A stretch of DNA of 54,836 bases, taken from contig JAWAOK010000001.1 of NCBI GenBank assembly GCA_038894875.1, forward strand, positions 1 through 54,836, in the 5' to 3' direction. Positions 1-14,382 of this stretch are shown here, piece after piece. The translations under genes were made by a program, and so were the position numbers. The notes under the pieces were generated by a model. That model was given only the letters and a program-made list of their open reading frames with translations. It was not told where the DNA came from and did no database searches. Each line of letters begins with the position of its first letter. Position 1 is the stretch's first letter. The stretch is from Candidatus Nezhaarchaeales archaeon. Its GTDB lineage: Archaea > Thermoproteota > Methanomethylicia > Nezhaarchaeales > B40-G2.

Positions 1-786
<786 letters not shown>

Positions 787-793
787 GTGAAAA

Positions 794-1021
794 TTGTTGT
801 CCAGGTGGATGCCAGTACCCATAGAAGAAGTCATAGTAGACCTGCTCAGGCGTAAGGGAGGGGTGGCTAAAGAAAAAGAGCTCTACGTGATGTTAAAGTC
901 AGTGCTAGGTGACATTTCTCAGCGCGAACTTGACAAAGCCCTCCTGAAGCTGGAACTGCACGACATACTGAGGGTGACGAGCGCAAAAAGGGGGGTGCGT
1001 TTAGTGACCCTCATTAAGTAA
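794..1021 (+). CDS. Small hypothetical protein (about 70-75 aa), possibly winged-helix-like
   Basis: ORF fits tightly between cdc48 and fen with 7 and 13 nt gaps on the same strand. No family recognised. An alternative ATG lies at 809. Confidence 0.4.
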   Translation: MLSRWMPVPIEEVIVDLLRRKGGVAKEKELYVMLKSVLGDISQRELDKALLKLELHDILRVTSAKRGVRLVTLIK

Positions 1022-1034
1022 AGGGGGCTGATCG

Positions 1035-2075
1035 ATGGGCGTCGACCTTAGAGACATAGTACCCAGAAAGGAGGTGACGTTAGAGGAGCTTAGTGGTAGG
1101 GCCATAGCTATTGATGCTTACAACGCTTTATACCAATTTCTGGCAATAATAAGGCAGCCGGACGGAACGCTCTTAATGGACGGTCGTGGGAGAGTCACCA
1201 GCCACCTATCAGGGCTATTTTATAGGACCGTGAACCTATTAGAACTAGGAATTAAGCCAGTTTACGTGTTTGATGGTAAGCCACCGGAGGTTAAGGAGCT
1301 GGAGATCCTTAGAAGGAGGCTTCATAAAGAGGAGGCCGAGCGAAAGTACGAAGAGGCTCTAGCCAAGGGAGACATTAGGACCGCTCGCATTTACGCTCAG
1401 CAAACCGGCAGGCTTACTGATGAAATGGTTGAGGAGGCTAAGCAGCTCCTTGATGCTTTGGGCGTCCCGTGGGTACAGGCCCCCTCAGAGGGAGAGGCGC
1501 AGGCGGCATACATGGCCTCGAGAGGTGATGTCTATGCGGCGGCGAGCCAAGATTATGACTCCCTACTCTTCGGGGCCCCTAGGCTAGTTAGGAACGTCAC
1601 CATTACTGGAAGGAGGAAGCTACCAAGGAAGGACGTCTACATAGATATCAAGCCAGAGCTAATAGAACTCGGTCAATTGCTAAGAGAGCTCGGTCTGACG
1701 CGAGAGCAATTAGTTGACGTGGGCATCCTAATAGGCACTGACTACAATCCAGAGGGGATCAAGGGAATAGGGCCTAAGAAGGCGGTCAAGCTAATTAAGG
1801 AATATGGGCGATTGGAGCGAGTGTTGGACGCCCTAGGCGAAGACAAAGTTCCTTTTGACATAGACGAAATAAGGAGGATTTTCCTATCGCCCAGCTTAAC
1901 TTCAAACTACGTCCTCGAGTGGAGGGAACCGAGTAGAGAGGAGGTCGTTAGGTTCCTGTGCAGGGAGCGTGACTTCTCTGAGGACAGGGTCCTCAAAGCC
2001 TTAGATAGAGCGATTAGGGCATATAAGGAAAGGCGGGGCAGGGCGACGCTTGAGTCCTTCTTTTACCCCTCCTGA
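1035..2075 (+). CDS. fen: Flap endonuclease FEN-1
   Basis: N-terminus MGVDLRDIV...AIDAYNALYQFL, VYVFDGKPPE, PSEGEAQAAYM and GTDYNPEGIKGIGPKKA (H3TH) are typical archaeal FEN1 motifs. Confidence 0.95.
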   Translation: MGVDLRDIVPRKEVTLEELSGRAIAIDAYNALYQFLAIIRQPDGTLLMDGRGRVTSHLSGLFYRTVNLLELGIKPVYVFDGKPPEVKELEILRRRLHKEEAERKYEEALAKGDIRTARIYAQQTGRLTDEMVEEAKQLLDALGVPWVQAPSEGEAQAAYMASRGDVYAAASQDYDSLLFGAPRLVRNVTITGRRKLPRKDVYIDIKPELIELGQLLRELGLTREQLVDVGILIGTDYNPEGIKGIGPKKAVKLIKEYGRLERVLDALGEDKVPFDIDEIRRIFLSPSLTSNYVLEWREPSREEVVRFLCRERDFSEDRVLKALDRAIRAYKERRGRATLESFFYPS

Positions 2076-2086
2076 TCGCAGGAGGA

Positions 2087-2512
2087 TCAAAGATAGGCCT
2101 CCAGCCTGAGCTTGACTACGGTAGACGGGTCTTGAAGTTTCTCTACGAGATTTCTACTTAAGTGAAGTGCCGCCTTATCGGCCCTTACCATTACTGTACG
2201 TGGACATACGTAGTTACTTCGTCTAAAGACCATGCTCCTATCGCTTAGGAAAGTGAGGAGAGGCGACCCATAGCCGGACACTTCATCCATCACCCCGCCC
2301 ACCCTCAGTATCAGCCTGATCCTGCAACCTTCAATCCTAGCCAATTCCTTAAACTCGCCGGGAAGGTCTGCTGCGGCTTTAGTCGAGGCTACGGCCACTA
2401 TGCAATCTCCGCGTGGTGTTAAGGCGGGATCCTTCGTCACCTCTATCGTGGATGCGTGCAACGCCCTAATGTTTACGTGCCCCCTAGCCTCAAACTCAAC
2501 TACACACCTCAA
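2087..2512 (-). CDS. DUF371-family protein; start trimmed to an in-frame TTG
   Basis: VEFEARGHVNIRALHASTIEVTKDPALTPRGDCIVAV... resembles the DUF371 family at about 140 aa. The track ORF extends to 2680, but that extension is antisense to the pcm N-terminus and is hydrophobic low-complexity sequence. The exact start is uncertain. Confidence 0.55.
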   Translation of the reverse strand: MRCVVEFEARGHVNIRALHASTIEVTKDPALTPRGDCIVAVASTKAAADLPGEFKELARIEGCRIRLILRVGGVMDEVSGYGSPLLTFLSDRSMVFRRSNYVCPRTVMVRADKAALHLSRNLVEKLQDPSTVVKLRLEAYL

Positions 2513-2573
2513 GGCGCGTGGTTTAAGGGAGGGGGCGCCAAATAAGCTCGGGGGCTTCGTGGACTTCGAAAGG

Positions 2574-3251
2574 ATGAGGAGGGAGGCTGTGAGGAGGCTC
2601 ATAGCGGCCGGAATAATTAAGAGGGAGGAGGTCGCTAAGGCCATGCTGAAGGTTCCGAGGGAAGAGTTCATACCGCCCAAATATAGGGAGGTTGCTTACG
2701 TAGATAGCCCAATACCGATAGGGCATGGTCAAACAACGAGCGCCCTCCACATGACTGCTTGGCTAATAGAGGCTGCCGAACTTAAGCCTGGCTTTAAGGT
2801 ACTAGAGGTGGGCAGCGGCTGTGGATATATGGCGGCTGTCTATGCTGAGGTTGTAGCCCCTGAAGATAGTGAGGTCAAGGGCCATGTCTATACCATAGAG
2901 ATAATTAAGGAGCTCGCGCAAATGGCTGAGGCCAACTTAAGAAGGCTGGGTTATTTAGACAGGGTCACGGTAATCCATGGAGATGGGAGCCTGGGCTACG
3001 AGCCCGCTAAGCCATATGACGCAATAATAGTGACTGCGGCCTCGCCAGACGTTCCAAGTCCTCTTGTTGAGCAGCTCAAGCCGGGGGGAAGGATAGTTAT
3101 ACCCATTGGAAGCCCTGGATTTTATCAAGACCTAGTTCTTGTGGAAAAGAGCCTTGATGGTAGGGTGTCTTATAAATCGCTGGGCGGGTGTGTCTTCGTT
3201 CCCCTGAGGGGACGGTACGGCTTTCCGGAGAGGGTCTGGAGTGAATACTAA
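2574..3251 (+). CDS. pcm: Protein-L-isoaspartate O-methyltransferase
   Basis: Contains VPREEFIP, GHGQTTSALHMTAW and the SAM motif VLEVGSGCGYMAAV. The ATG at 2574 gives the typical ~225 aa length. The track start at 2400 overlaps the divergent gene. Confidence 0.9.
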   Translation: MRREAVRRLIAAGIIKREEVAKAMLKVPREEFIPPKYREVAYVDSPIPIGHGQTTSALHMTAWLIEAAELKPGFKVLEVGSGCGYMAAVYAEVVAPEDSEVKGHVYTIEIIKELAQMAEANLRRLGYLDRVTVIHGDGSLGYEPAKPYDAIIVTAASPDVPSPLVEQLKPGGRIVIPIGSPGFYQDLVLVEKSLDGRVSYKSLGGCVFVPLRGRYGFPERVWSEY

Positions 3252-3410
3252 GAAACTAAAGTTAATGCCGCTCCTTGCGTTGTAAGAGTAGGGCTTTCGC
3301 GAGCCACAAACGCTGGATGTGATTCTATCAACATCGACTGAAGCTCGGCAATTCCTGAAAGAGCGAAGTTAATAGTAAAAGCAACACATGAGTAACGCCA
3401 TCTTACATAC

Positions 3411-3445
<35 letters not shown>

Positions 3446-3684
3446 CCGTGAGAAGAGAGCGCGAGCCCTCATACCGGGATTATTAAGAGTGGCGGAGTGC
3501 GCCCTAAGCGGCTTGGGCGCTTAAAACGCCATGTTGGAAGAGAGCCTTAAGCTATAAACATTAGTACATTTTGTTAATACTAATTTATTTAGGTACTAAA
3601 ATAACTTTGCAACAAGAGCACGTACCGAGGACGAAGGAGGGTCCTGGAGAGGTGGAGCCACCACTCACTAACGGAGACGTAGAG

Positions 3685-4746
3685 GTGGAGAGGTGCGCGG
3701 TTAAGGTGCCCTTAATAATGGGCGAGGGAGTAAGACGTCTCCTGTCACTAAGGGGGCTCCTTGACAGAGAGTTGCGCATTGAGCGCGACGGAGATTTCTT
3801 ACTACTACCTCTGAAGCCGTTAGCTGAGGCCTCGGCCATTAAGGATGAGTTTGGAGTGGAAGTCGTTAAGTGGAGGTTTAAAAGGCTCCGCTCAAGGCCG
3901 AGGGACCTAATAGAGGCTCTTCAGGACAAGCTGCCTCCATATAAGCTGGCCTGCCTCCCTAAGTCTTTCGATATAATTGGTGATGTGGCGCTTATCGAGC
4001 TACCTTCTGAGCTCATTGAGGAGGGGGAGCTCATAGCTAAAGGGATAATGGCCGTCCACCCCAGAGTTAAAACTGTGTATGCTAAGATGGAACGCACTAA
4101 GGGCGTCTTTAGGCTCAGGCCACTTAAGCTGCTTGCCGGCATTGATAACCCAGTAACCATCCATAGGGAAAATGGCTGCTTATTTAAAGTGGACCTGTCT
4201 TCGGTATACTTCAGCCCGAGGCTATCTGCTGAGAGGTTAAGGATAGTTAAGCAGGTGGAGGGCCGAGAGGTAGTTGCAGACCTCTTTGCAGGCGTTGGGC
4301 CGTTTGCCATTCAAATAGCTAAGCTTAAGGAGGCCAAGGTCTACGCCATTGACTTGAATCCAAGGGCTGTAGAGCTTCTGCGTGAGAATGTTAAGGCTAA
4401 TAGGGTTGAAGACAGAGTTCACGTAATCCATGGAGATGCCAGAGAAGTCGCAGAGAGGGTGCTTAGGAGGAGGGTCGACAGAGTAATAATGCACCATCCT
4501 TCAGAAGCTATCGACTTCTTAGATGCTGGTAGCCTTTCACTAAAGAGTTCAGGGGGGATAATCCACGTATACTCATTTGCTGACTCGACCGAAGAGGTGG
4601 AGGCGAAGGTCCGTGAGCGTCTCTCTAAGCAGTGGGGGGAGGTTAAGGTAGTATACAAAGGCCAAGTTAGGCAAGTGTCGCCTAAGAGGTGGGAAGTAGT
4701 AGTGGATGTGAGGGTGGCTAGGCCTCTAGAAGGGGAAGTGATTTAA
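3685..4746 (+). CDS. trm5: tRNA (guanine37-N1)-methyltransferase, Trm5/Taw22 (Met-10+) family
   Basis: Contains VYFSPRLSAERLRI, the SAM motif DLFAGVGPFAI and a conserved D1-like N-terminus (AVKVPLIMGEGVRRLL...DFLLLPLK). An in-frame GTG at 3685 precedes that conserved N-terminus. The track start at 3571 lies in the AT-rich promoter region. Confidence 0.8.
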   Translation: MERCAVKVPLIMGEGVRRLLSLRGLLDRELRIERDGDFLLLPLKPLAEASAIKDEFGVEVVKWRFKRLRSRPRDLIEALQDKLPPYKLACLPKSFDIIGDVALIELPSELIEEGELIAKGIMAVHPRVKTVYAKMERTKGVFRLRPLKLLAGIDNPVTIHRENGCLFKVDLSSVYFSPRLSAERLRIVKQVEGREVVADLFAGVGPFAIQIAKLKEAKVYAIDLNPRAVELLRENVKANRVEDRVHVIHGDAREVAERVLRRRVDRVIMHHPSEAIDFLDAGSLSLKSSGGIIHVYSFADSTEEVEAKVRERLSKQWGEVKVVYKGQVRQVSPKRWEVVVDVRVARPLEGEVI

Positions 4747-4771
4747 GCTTCCCTTAGCGAGAGGTACTCCC

Positions 4772-4862
4772 GGGCCCGTAGCTTAGCACGGTAGAGCGCT
4801 CGGCTCTTAACTAGAGAAAGGGAGGGACCGAGTGGTCGCGGGTTCAAATCCCGCCGGGCCCG
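4772..4862 (+). tRNA. tRNA-Lys (anticodon CUU) with a 17-nt intron at position 37/38
   Basis: Acceptor GGGCCCG/CGGGCCC, T-arm GCGGG-TTCAAAT-CCCGC, anticodon stem CTCGG/CCGAG, loop CT-CTT-A(intron)A. The anticodon is at 4806-4808 and no CCA is encoded. Confidence 0.9.
4810..4826 (+). other. tRNA-Lys intron (canonical position; boundary ambiguous by 1 nt)
   Basis: The sequence actagagaaagggaggg interrupts the anticodon loop between positions 37 and 38. Confidence 0.75.
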
Positions 4863-4882
4863 TTTTCCTCAAAGCGAAGATA

Positions 4883-4903
4883 GCTAATAAATAAACTTTT
4901 AAG
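4883..4903 (+). promoter_or_regulatory. TATA-like box upstream of rpoH (gctaataaataaacttttaag)
   Basis: An A/T tract sits 19-39 nt upstream of the ATG at 4922, consistent with a leaderless or short-leader archaeal promoter. Confidence 0.4.
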
Positions 4904-4921
4904 AGGGCCCCCTCCTTCAAC

Positions 4922-5203
4922 ATGCCTGGAATGGGTATTAATAAGACGGCAAAGGAGCCTGAGACGGAGAGAATGGTAAAGATACTTGAACATGAGCTTG
5001 TTCCTAAACATGAAGTCCTACCGCCAGAGGAAGCTCGTGAACTATTAAGGAGGCTAGGCGTTAAACCAGAGATGCTTCCGTGGATCAGGAGTAACGACCC
5101 CGTTGCGAGGATCATAGGAGCTAAGCCAGGAGATATAGTAAAGATAACTAGGCGGAGTAAAACTGCTGGCATCTCAATAGCCTATAGGTTTGTAGTACCA
5201 TGA
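4922..5203 (+). CDS. rpoH: DNA-directed RNA polymerase subunit H (Rpo5)
   Basis: [10 protein letters not shown]...[43 protein letters not shown] is the RpoH signature, and the gene lies directly upstream of rpoB. Confidence 0.9.
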   Translation: MPGMGINKTAKEPETERMVKILEHELVPKHEVLPPEEARELLRRLGVKPEMLPWIRSNDPVARIIGAKPGDIVKITRRSKTAGISIAYRFVVP

Positions 5204-5213
5204 GGGGGTCTAC

Positions 5214-8200
5214 TTGCTTAGCATAGAAGACCGATGGGCGCTCGTCGAGGCTTTCATTAAGGAGCATGGCCTGGTTAGACAACACTTAGACTCATACAAT
5301 GATTTTGTGACTAACACCATCCAGCGCATTGTAGAAGAGCAGAAGGAGGTGGCAGCGGGCGACGTCAAGGTCAAGTTCCTTAAGATAAGCATCACTGAGC
5401 CGTATGCACGTGAGGCTGACGGCTCTGAGAGAAAGGAACACAATCCAGTCACGCCCATGGAGGCCAGGCTAAGGAATATGACTTATGCCAAGTCGTTAAA
5501 GCTGACGGTCAAAGTATCGGCTGGCGGTATTGAGGGACCTCCTGTAGAAGTTTTCATTGGCTACTTCCCCATCATGGTCAAATCCGTCCTCTGCCCGCTT
5601 TCAAGGAAGAGTGAGGAGGAGCTCATAGCCCTTGGTGAGGATCCAAAGGACCCCGGGGGCTACTTCATTATTAATGGGTCTGAAAGGGTCTTAGTCGCCC
5701 AGGAAGACCTAGCCACTAACCACGTGTTAGTTGATGTTCAAGAGGGGCCCTCGCCAGCTCCATACGTAGCCAAGGTGTTATCGGCAGCTGCTGGCTTTAG
5801 AATGCCAACTGTAGTAGAGAGGCTTAGAGACGGGACCCTCCACGTTTCATTTCCAGCCGTAGCCGGAAGAATTCCGTTAGTTATAATGATGAGGGCCCTT
5901 GGCCTCGAGACAGATAGGGAGGTCGTGAAGGCAGTATCTCTGGACCCCGAAATCCAGCAGGAACTGCTGCCATCGCTTGAGGCGGCCTCTTCGATAATCA
6001 CCGTAGAGGATGCCTTGGACTACGTAGGTAGCAAAATGGTCTTTGGGCAGCCGAGGGAGCGTAGAATTGAAAGAGCATGCATGATATTAGATAAGTACTT
6101 CCTCCCGCACTTAGGCAATAGGCCAGAAGATAGGTTAAAGAAGGCGTATTTCTTAGGGCAGATGGCAGAGAAGCTCTTAGAGCTGGTTTTAGGTAGACGA
6201 GGGCCTGATGATAAGGATCACTATGCTAATAAGAGGCTTAGGCTGGCGGGGGATCTCCTAGCCAGCCTCTTTAGAGTGGCGTTCAGGAACCTTTGTCGCG
6301 ATCTTCAATACCAACTTGAGAGGCTCAAAGATAGAGGGCTGGGTATACATGTCGAGACTCTGGTTAGGGCGGACGTAATAACGGAGAGATTACGTCATGC
6401 ACTTGCTACTGGCAATTGGGTCGGAGGGAAGGTGGGAGTAAGTCAACTCTTAGATAGGACTAATTTCATTTCCTCACTCAGCCACATGAGGCGCGTCATT
6501 TCGCCGCTTAGTCGCAGCCAACCTCACTTCGAGGCCAGGGACCTACATTCGACGCAGTGGGGCAGGATGTGCCCGAATGAGACGCCTGAAGGTCCTAATT
6601 GCGGCCTCGTCAAAAACCTAGCCTTGATGGCAAGGATCTCAGTAGGTGTAAATGAAAACGACGTAAAGGTCTTACTTTACAGTCTGGGCACAAAACCGAT
6701 GGAGAAGATAAGGGCCGAGGAGAGGCCGCCCGCTGGGGCTAAGGTATTTCTAAATGGGAGGCTCATAGGTTATCATGAGTACCCAGAACTTTTAGTCAAC
6801 GAGCTTAGGGAGAGGCGGAGAGGCGGGAAGCTAAGCTTTGAAGTGAATGTGGCACACATTAAAGTTGGCCGTATCAATGAAGTATATGTAAATTGCGACG
6901 CGGGCAGGGTCTGTAGACCATTAATTGTAGTTAAGGACGGTAAGCCTCTGCTTAGGCCAGAGCATGTAGAGAAACTTAAGGCTGGAAAAATCGCGTTCCT
7001 CCATTTAGTCAAGGCAGGGATAATAGAGTACTTAGACGCTGCTGAAGAAGAGAATGCCTACATAGCCTTAAGTCCGGAGGAGATAACCCAAGACCATACG
7101 CATCTCGAGATAATCCCTGCATCAATATTAGGCATATCTGCCTCCCTCATACCCTATGCTGAACATAATCAGTCGCCTCGCAACTCCTACGAGGCAGCCA
7201 TGGCCAAGCAGGCATTAGGTTTTCCTGCAGCTAACCTTCTCTTACGTATGGACTCACGCAGCCACTTACTCCATTACCCTCAAAAGCCGTTAGTGCAAAC
7301 GAGGTCGCTGTCGCTCATAGGCTATAACGAGAGAGCTGCTGGCCAGAACTTCATAGTCGCGGTGCTCTCCTATGCCGGCTACAACATAGAGGATGCGTTA
7401 GTAATCAACAAGTCTTCAGTGGAGCGTGGGCTAGGGAGGTCCACATTCTTTAGGACGTACGAAGCTGAGGAGCGCAAGTATCCAGGAGGGCAGGAAGATA
7501 GGATTGAGGTGCCTACCCCAGATGCGAGGGGGTATCGAGCTGAGGAAGCATACAGGAATCTAGGTGAGGACGGCATAGCCGAGCCTGAGTCCTTAGTCAA
7601 GGGAGGAGATGTTATAATAGGGAGGACGAGTCCGCCTCGCTTCCTTGAGGAGTATAAGGAGTTCGAGACGTCAGAGACGGCTAGGCGCGAGACCTCAATA
7701 GACATCAGGCACGGGGAATTGGGTATAGTAGATGCAGTAATGTTAACTGAGACCATTGACGGGAACAAGCTCGTTAAGGTAAGGGTTAGAGATGAGCGCA
7801 TCCCCGAACTTGGAGACAAATTTGCATCTAGACATGGACAGAAGGGGGTGGTTGGCTTGCTGGTGTCTCAAGAAGATATGCCCTTCACTGAGCAAGGTAT
7901 CGTCCCGGACCTAATTATTAATCCACACGCCTTCCCTTCTAGGATGACCGTTGGGCAGCTCATAGAAAGCCTTGCTGGAAAGGTGGCCGCGCTCGAAGGA
8001 AGGTTCGTGGATGGCAGTGCCTTCAATAACGAGGAGGAAGTAGACCTTAAGGAGGCTCTAAGGAGGCTCGGGTTTAAGCCCTCGGGATATGAGGTCATGT
8101 ATGATGGCATTAAAGGGAGGATGTATAGGGCGCAGATCTTCATAGGCCCTGTATATTACCAAAAGCTTCATCACATGGTTGCTGACAAGATGCACGCACG

Positions 8201-8540
8201 CGCTAGGGGCCCGGTCCAAATACTAACTAGGCAGCCTACCGAAGGGAGGGCGAGAGAGGGGGGGCTCAGGTTTGGTGAGATGGAGAGGGACTGCTTGATA
8301 GCTCACGGAGCCGCTAGCTTGCTCAAGGAGAGGCTGCTGGATGAGTCCGATCGCTTTGTGGTTTATGTTTGTGAAAACTGCGGCTTCTTAGCCTATTACG
8401 ATAGAAACTCAGATACCTACCGCTGCACGGTATGTAAAGACAAAGCAGTAATTTCGCCAGTGGCCATGTCCTATGCCTTCAAGCTCCTTCTACAGGAGTT
8501 GATGAGCCTAGGCATTGCGCCAAGGATAAAGCTGACTTGA
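5214..8540 (+). CDS. rpoB: DNA-directed RNA polymerase subunit B (Rpo2), unsplit, 1108 aa
   Basis: Contains [38 protein letters not shown] and a C-terminal Zn ribbon CENCG...CTVC. The start is TTG. Confidence 0.97.
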   Translation: MLSIEDRWALVEAFIKEHGLVRQHLDSYNDFVTNTIQRIVEEQKEVAAGDVKVKFLKISITEPYAREADGSERKEHNPVTPMEARLRNMTYAKSLKLTVKVSAGGIEGPPVEVFIGYFPIMVKSVLCPLSRKSEEELIALGEDPKDPGGYFIINGSERVLVAQEDLATNHVLVDVQEGPSPAPYVAKVLSAAAGFRMPTVVERLRDGTLHVSFPAVAGRIPLVIMMRALGLETDREVVKAVSLDPEIQQELLPSLEAASSIITVEDALDYVGSKMVFGQPRERRIERACMILDKYFLPHLGNRPEDRLKKAYFLGQMAEKLLELVLGRRGPDDKDHYANKRLRLAGDLLASLFRVAFRNLCRDLQYQLERLKDRGLGIHVETLVRADVITERLRHALATGNWVGGKVGVSQLLDRTNFISSLSHMRRVISPLSRSQPHFEARDLHSTQWGRMCPNETPEGPNCGLVKNLALMARISVGVNENDVKVLLYSLGTKPMEKIRAEERPPAGAKVFLNGRLIGYHEYPELLVNELRERRRGGKLSFEVNVAHIKVGRINEVYVNCDAGRVCRPLIVVKDGKPLLRPEHVEKLKAGKIAFLHLVKAGIIEYLDAAEEENAYIALSPEEITQDHTHLEIIPASILGISASLIPYAEHNQSPRNSYEAAMAKQALGFPAANLLLRMDSRSHLLHYPQKPLVQTRSLSLIGYNERAAGQNFIVAVLSYAGYNIEDALVINKSSVERGLGRSTFFRTYEAEERKYPGGQEDRIEVPTPDARGYRAEEAYRNLGEDGIAEPESLVKGGDVIIGRTSPPRFLEEYKEFETSETARRETSIDIRHGELGIVDAVMLTETIDGNKLVKVRVRDERIPELGDKFASRHGQKGVVGLLVSQEDMPFTEQGIVPDLIINPHAFPSRMTVGQLIESLAGKVAALEGRFVDGSAFNNEEEVDLKEALRRLGFKPSGYEVMYDGIKGRMYRAQIFIGPVYYQKLHHMVADKMHARARGPVQILTRQPTEGRAREGGLRFGEMERDCLIAHGAASLLKERLLDESDRFVVYVCENCGFLAYYDRNSDTYRCTVCKDKAVISPVAMSYAFKLLLQELMSLGIAPRIKLT

Positions 8541-8561
8541 ATTTCTCATATTAAGATCTCT

Positions 8562-8578
8562 AAAGATAAACTTAAAAG
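8562..8578 (+). promoter_or_regulatory. TATA-like element aaagataaacttaaaag in the rpoB-rpoA' gap
   Basis: Near-identical core to the box upstream of rpoH (ATAAACTTTTAAG versus ATAAACTTAAAAG). It sits 55-71 nt upstream of the rpoA' start. Confidence 0.3.
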
Positions 8579-8632
8579 CCCTCTGAAGCTCCTCTAAGAG
8601 GCCTCAGGCATGCAGTTTTAGAGGGTACATAC

Positions 8633-12806
<4,174 letters not shown>

Positions 12807-13241
12807 GTGCCTCAAATCAAGCTATTTAGCGATGAGTTGCGTTACTTAAGTCTCTTCGAATCCGTGACAGGAGCTCAGGCAAAGGATTGCATCATAGATA
12901 ATGAGGGGGGCAGGATTTTGTTCGTAGTTAAGGAGGGGCAGATGGGGTTAGCCATAGGTAAGAATGGCAGTAATGTTAAAAGGCTGTCTAAATTGCTCGG
13001 AAAGAACGTTGAAGTGGTTGAGTATGCCGATGAGCCGGAGGCGCTAATAAGGAATAGTCTGCTCCCAGCCAAGGTGCATGCCGTCAAGATAGTTAAGTCA
13101 CCAGATAAGAAGAGCATAGCCTTCGTGACGGTCAGCCCGAATGAGAAGAAGATAGCCATAGGTAAAGATGGTGGTAGAATAGCAAGGGCCAGGATACTGG
13201 CGAAGAGGTACTTTGACATTGACAATGTAATCATCAGCTAA
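12807..13241 (+). CDS. nusA: Archaeal NusA-like transcription termination/antitermination protein (two KH domains)
   Basis: Has two KH GxxG motifs (IGKNGSNVKRL and IGKDGGRIARA) and the conserved position between L30e and S12. The start is GTG. Confidence 0.9.
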   Translation: MPQIKLFSDELRYLSLFESVTGAQAKDCIIDNEGGRILFVVKEGQMGLAIGKNGSNVKRLSKLLGKNVEVVEYADEPEALIRNSLLPAKVHAVKIVKSPDKKSIAFVTVSPNEKKIAIGKDGGRIARARILAKRYFDIDNVIIS

Positions 13242-13293
13242 AGATGGAAACGCATTTATCCTTAGAAGCTAGGGCCTGGGTAAGGTAGGAGCC

Positions 13294-13731
13294 ATGGGTA
13301 AATCCCCAAGGGGGCTGTTTGCTGCGAGAAAGCTAATGATTAAGCGTAAGAAGTTCAGGTGGAGCCAGCGCGACTATAAGCGTAGAATGCTTATGCTAGA
13401 CGTCAAGACAGACCCTCTCGAAGGCGCCCCCATGGCCAGGGGTATAGTTTTAGAGAAGGTGGGGATCGAGAGCAGGCAACCTAACTCAGCAGTTAGAAAA
13501 TGTGTCAGAGTTCAGTTAATCAAGAACGGAAAGCAGGTGACGGCCTTCGTCCCTGGAGATGGAGCATTAAACTTCATAGACGAACACGATGAAGTGATAA
13601 TTGAGCGCATCGGGGGTCCTCAAGGGAAGGCATATGGTGACCTGCCAGGAGTAAGATTTAAGGTGGTAATGGTTAACGGAGTGTCCCTCAAAGCCCTCAT
13701 GCTAGGCAAGAAAACTAAGCCGCTGAGGTAG
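13294..13731 (+). CDS. rps12: 30S ribosomal protein S12 (uS12)
   Basis: Contains [28 protein letters not shown] and [11 protein letters not shown]. Confidence 0.95.
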   Translation: MGKSPRGLFAARKLMIKRKKFRWSQRDYKRRMLMLDVKTDPLEGAPMARGIVLEKVGIESRQPNSAVRKCVRVQLIKNGKQVTAFVPGDGALNFIDEHDEVIIERIGGPQGKAYGDLPGVRFKVVMVNGVSLKALMLGKKTKPLR

Positions 13732-13736
13732 GTTAT

Positions 13737-14309
13737 GTGTCTAAGGAGGAAATTAAATTGTTCGGCAAGTGGTCAATGGAGGGCATTGAAGTCAAGGACC
13801 CCGGTCTCAAGAGGTACATAAACCTAAGGCCAATATTAGTACCTCATACCGAGGGCAGGCATGAGCGGAAGAGGTTTGGAAAGGAAGAGGTCCCTATCGT
13901 TGAAAGGCTTGTAAACCACTTAATGAGGCCTGGGAAGAATCAAGGGAAGAAACTTCTAGCCATGAGTATTGTGAAGAATGCTTTTGAAATAATATACCTG
14001 AGGACCAGGAGAAACCCCGTCCAGGTCTTAGTAGAAGCGATAGAGAGGGCAGCGCCTAGGGAAGAAACCACCCGCATAGCCTATGGAGGGATTGTTTACC
14101 ATCAGTCGGTCGATGTGTCCCCTCAGCGGCGAGTAGATTTAGCTTTAAGGTGGCTTGCGGAGGGTGCTAGACTGGCTGCATTCAATAATCCACGGAGCAT
14201 TGAAGAGTGTCTTGCTGAAGAGATAATCCTGGCTGCCGAGGGGAATCCGAAGAGCCATGCCATAAGCCGTAAGGAAGAGGTGGAGAGAATAGCCATGGCC
14301 TCACGCTAA
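13737..14309 (+). CDS. rps7: 30S ribosomal protein S7 (uS7)
   Basis: Contains LFGKWS...[10 protein letters not shown] and [12 protein letters not shown], in the conserved S12-S7-EF order. The start is GTG. Confidence 0.95.
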   Translation: MSKEEIKLFGKWSMEGIEVKDPGLKRYINLRPILVPHTEGRHERKRFGKEEVPIVERLVNHLMRPGKNQGKKLLAMSIVKNAFEIIYLRTRRNPVQVLVEAIERAAPREETTRIAYGGIVYHQSVDVSPQRRVDLALRWLAEGARLAAFNNPRSIEECLAEEIILAAEGNPKSHAISRKEEVERIAMASR

Positions 14310-14382
14310 CCTATAAATTAAAAAGGTGAAGCTTTAATAAGGAGTTTCGAAAGGCTGGGGGAGGTAAGAGGTGTAGGCAGCC

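Noticed and set aside
2400-2680. Mutually overlapping long N-terminal extensions of the track ORFs 2400..3251 (+) and 2087..2680 (-).
   Set aside because: The conserved parts of both proteins begin later: pcm at the ATG at 2574, and the DUF371 protein at about 2512. The extensions are antisense to each other's coding or promoter sequence and have no recognisable features.
7379-7819. A 146-aa antisense ORF inside rpoB, and similar antisense ORFs at 3921..4310, 5738..6001, 9466..9750, 23827..24219, 36410..36835, 43270..43683, 43747..44115, 44593..44937, 47474..47779 and 54053..54298.
   Set aside because: All lie wholly within strongly supported genes on the opposite strand. They are Ser/Leu/Thr/Pro-rich with no motifs, so I treat them as shadow ORFs.
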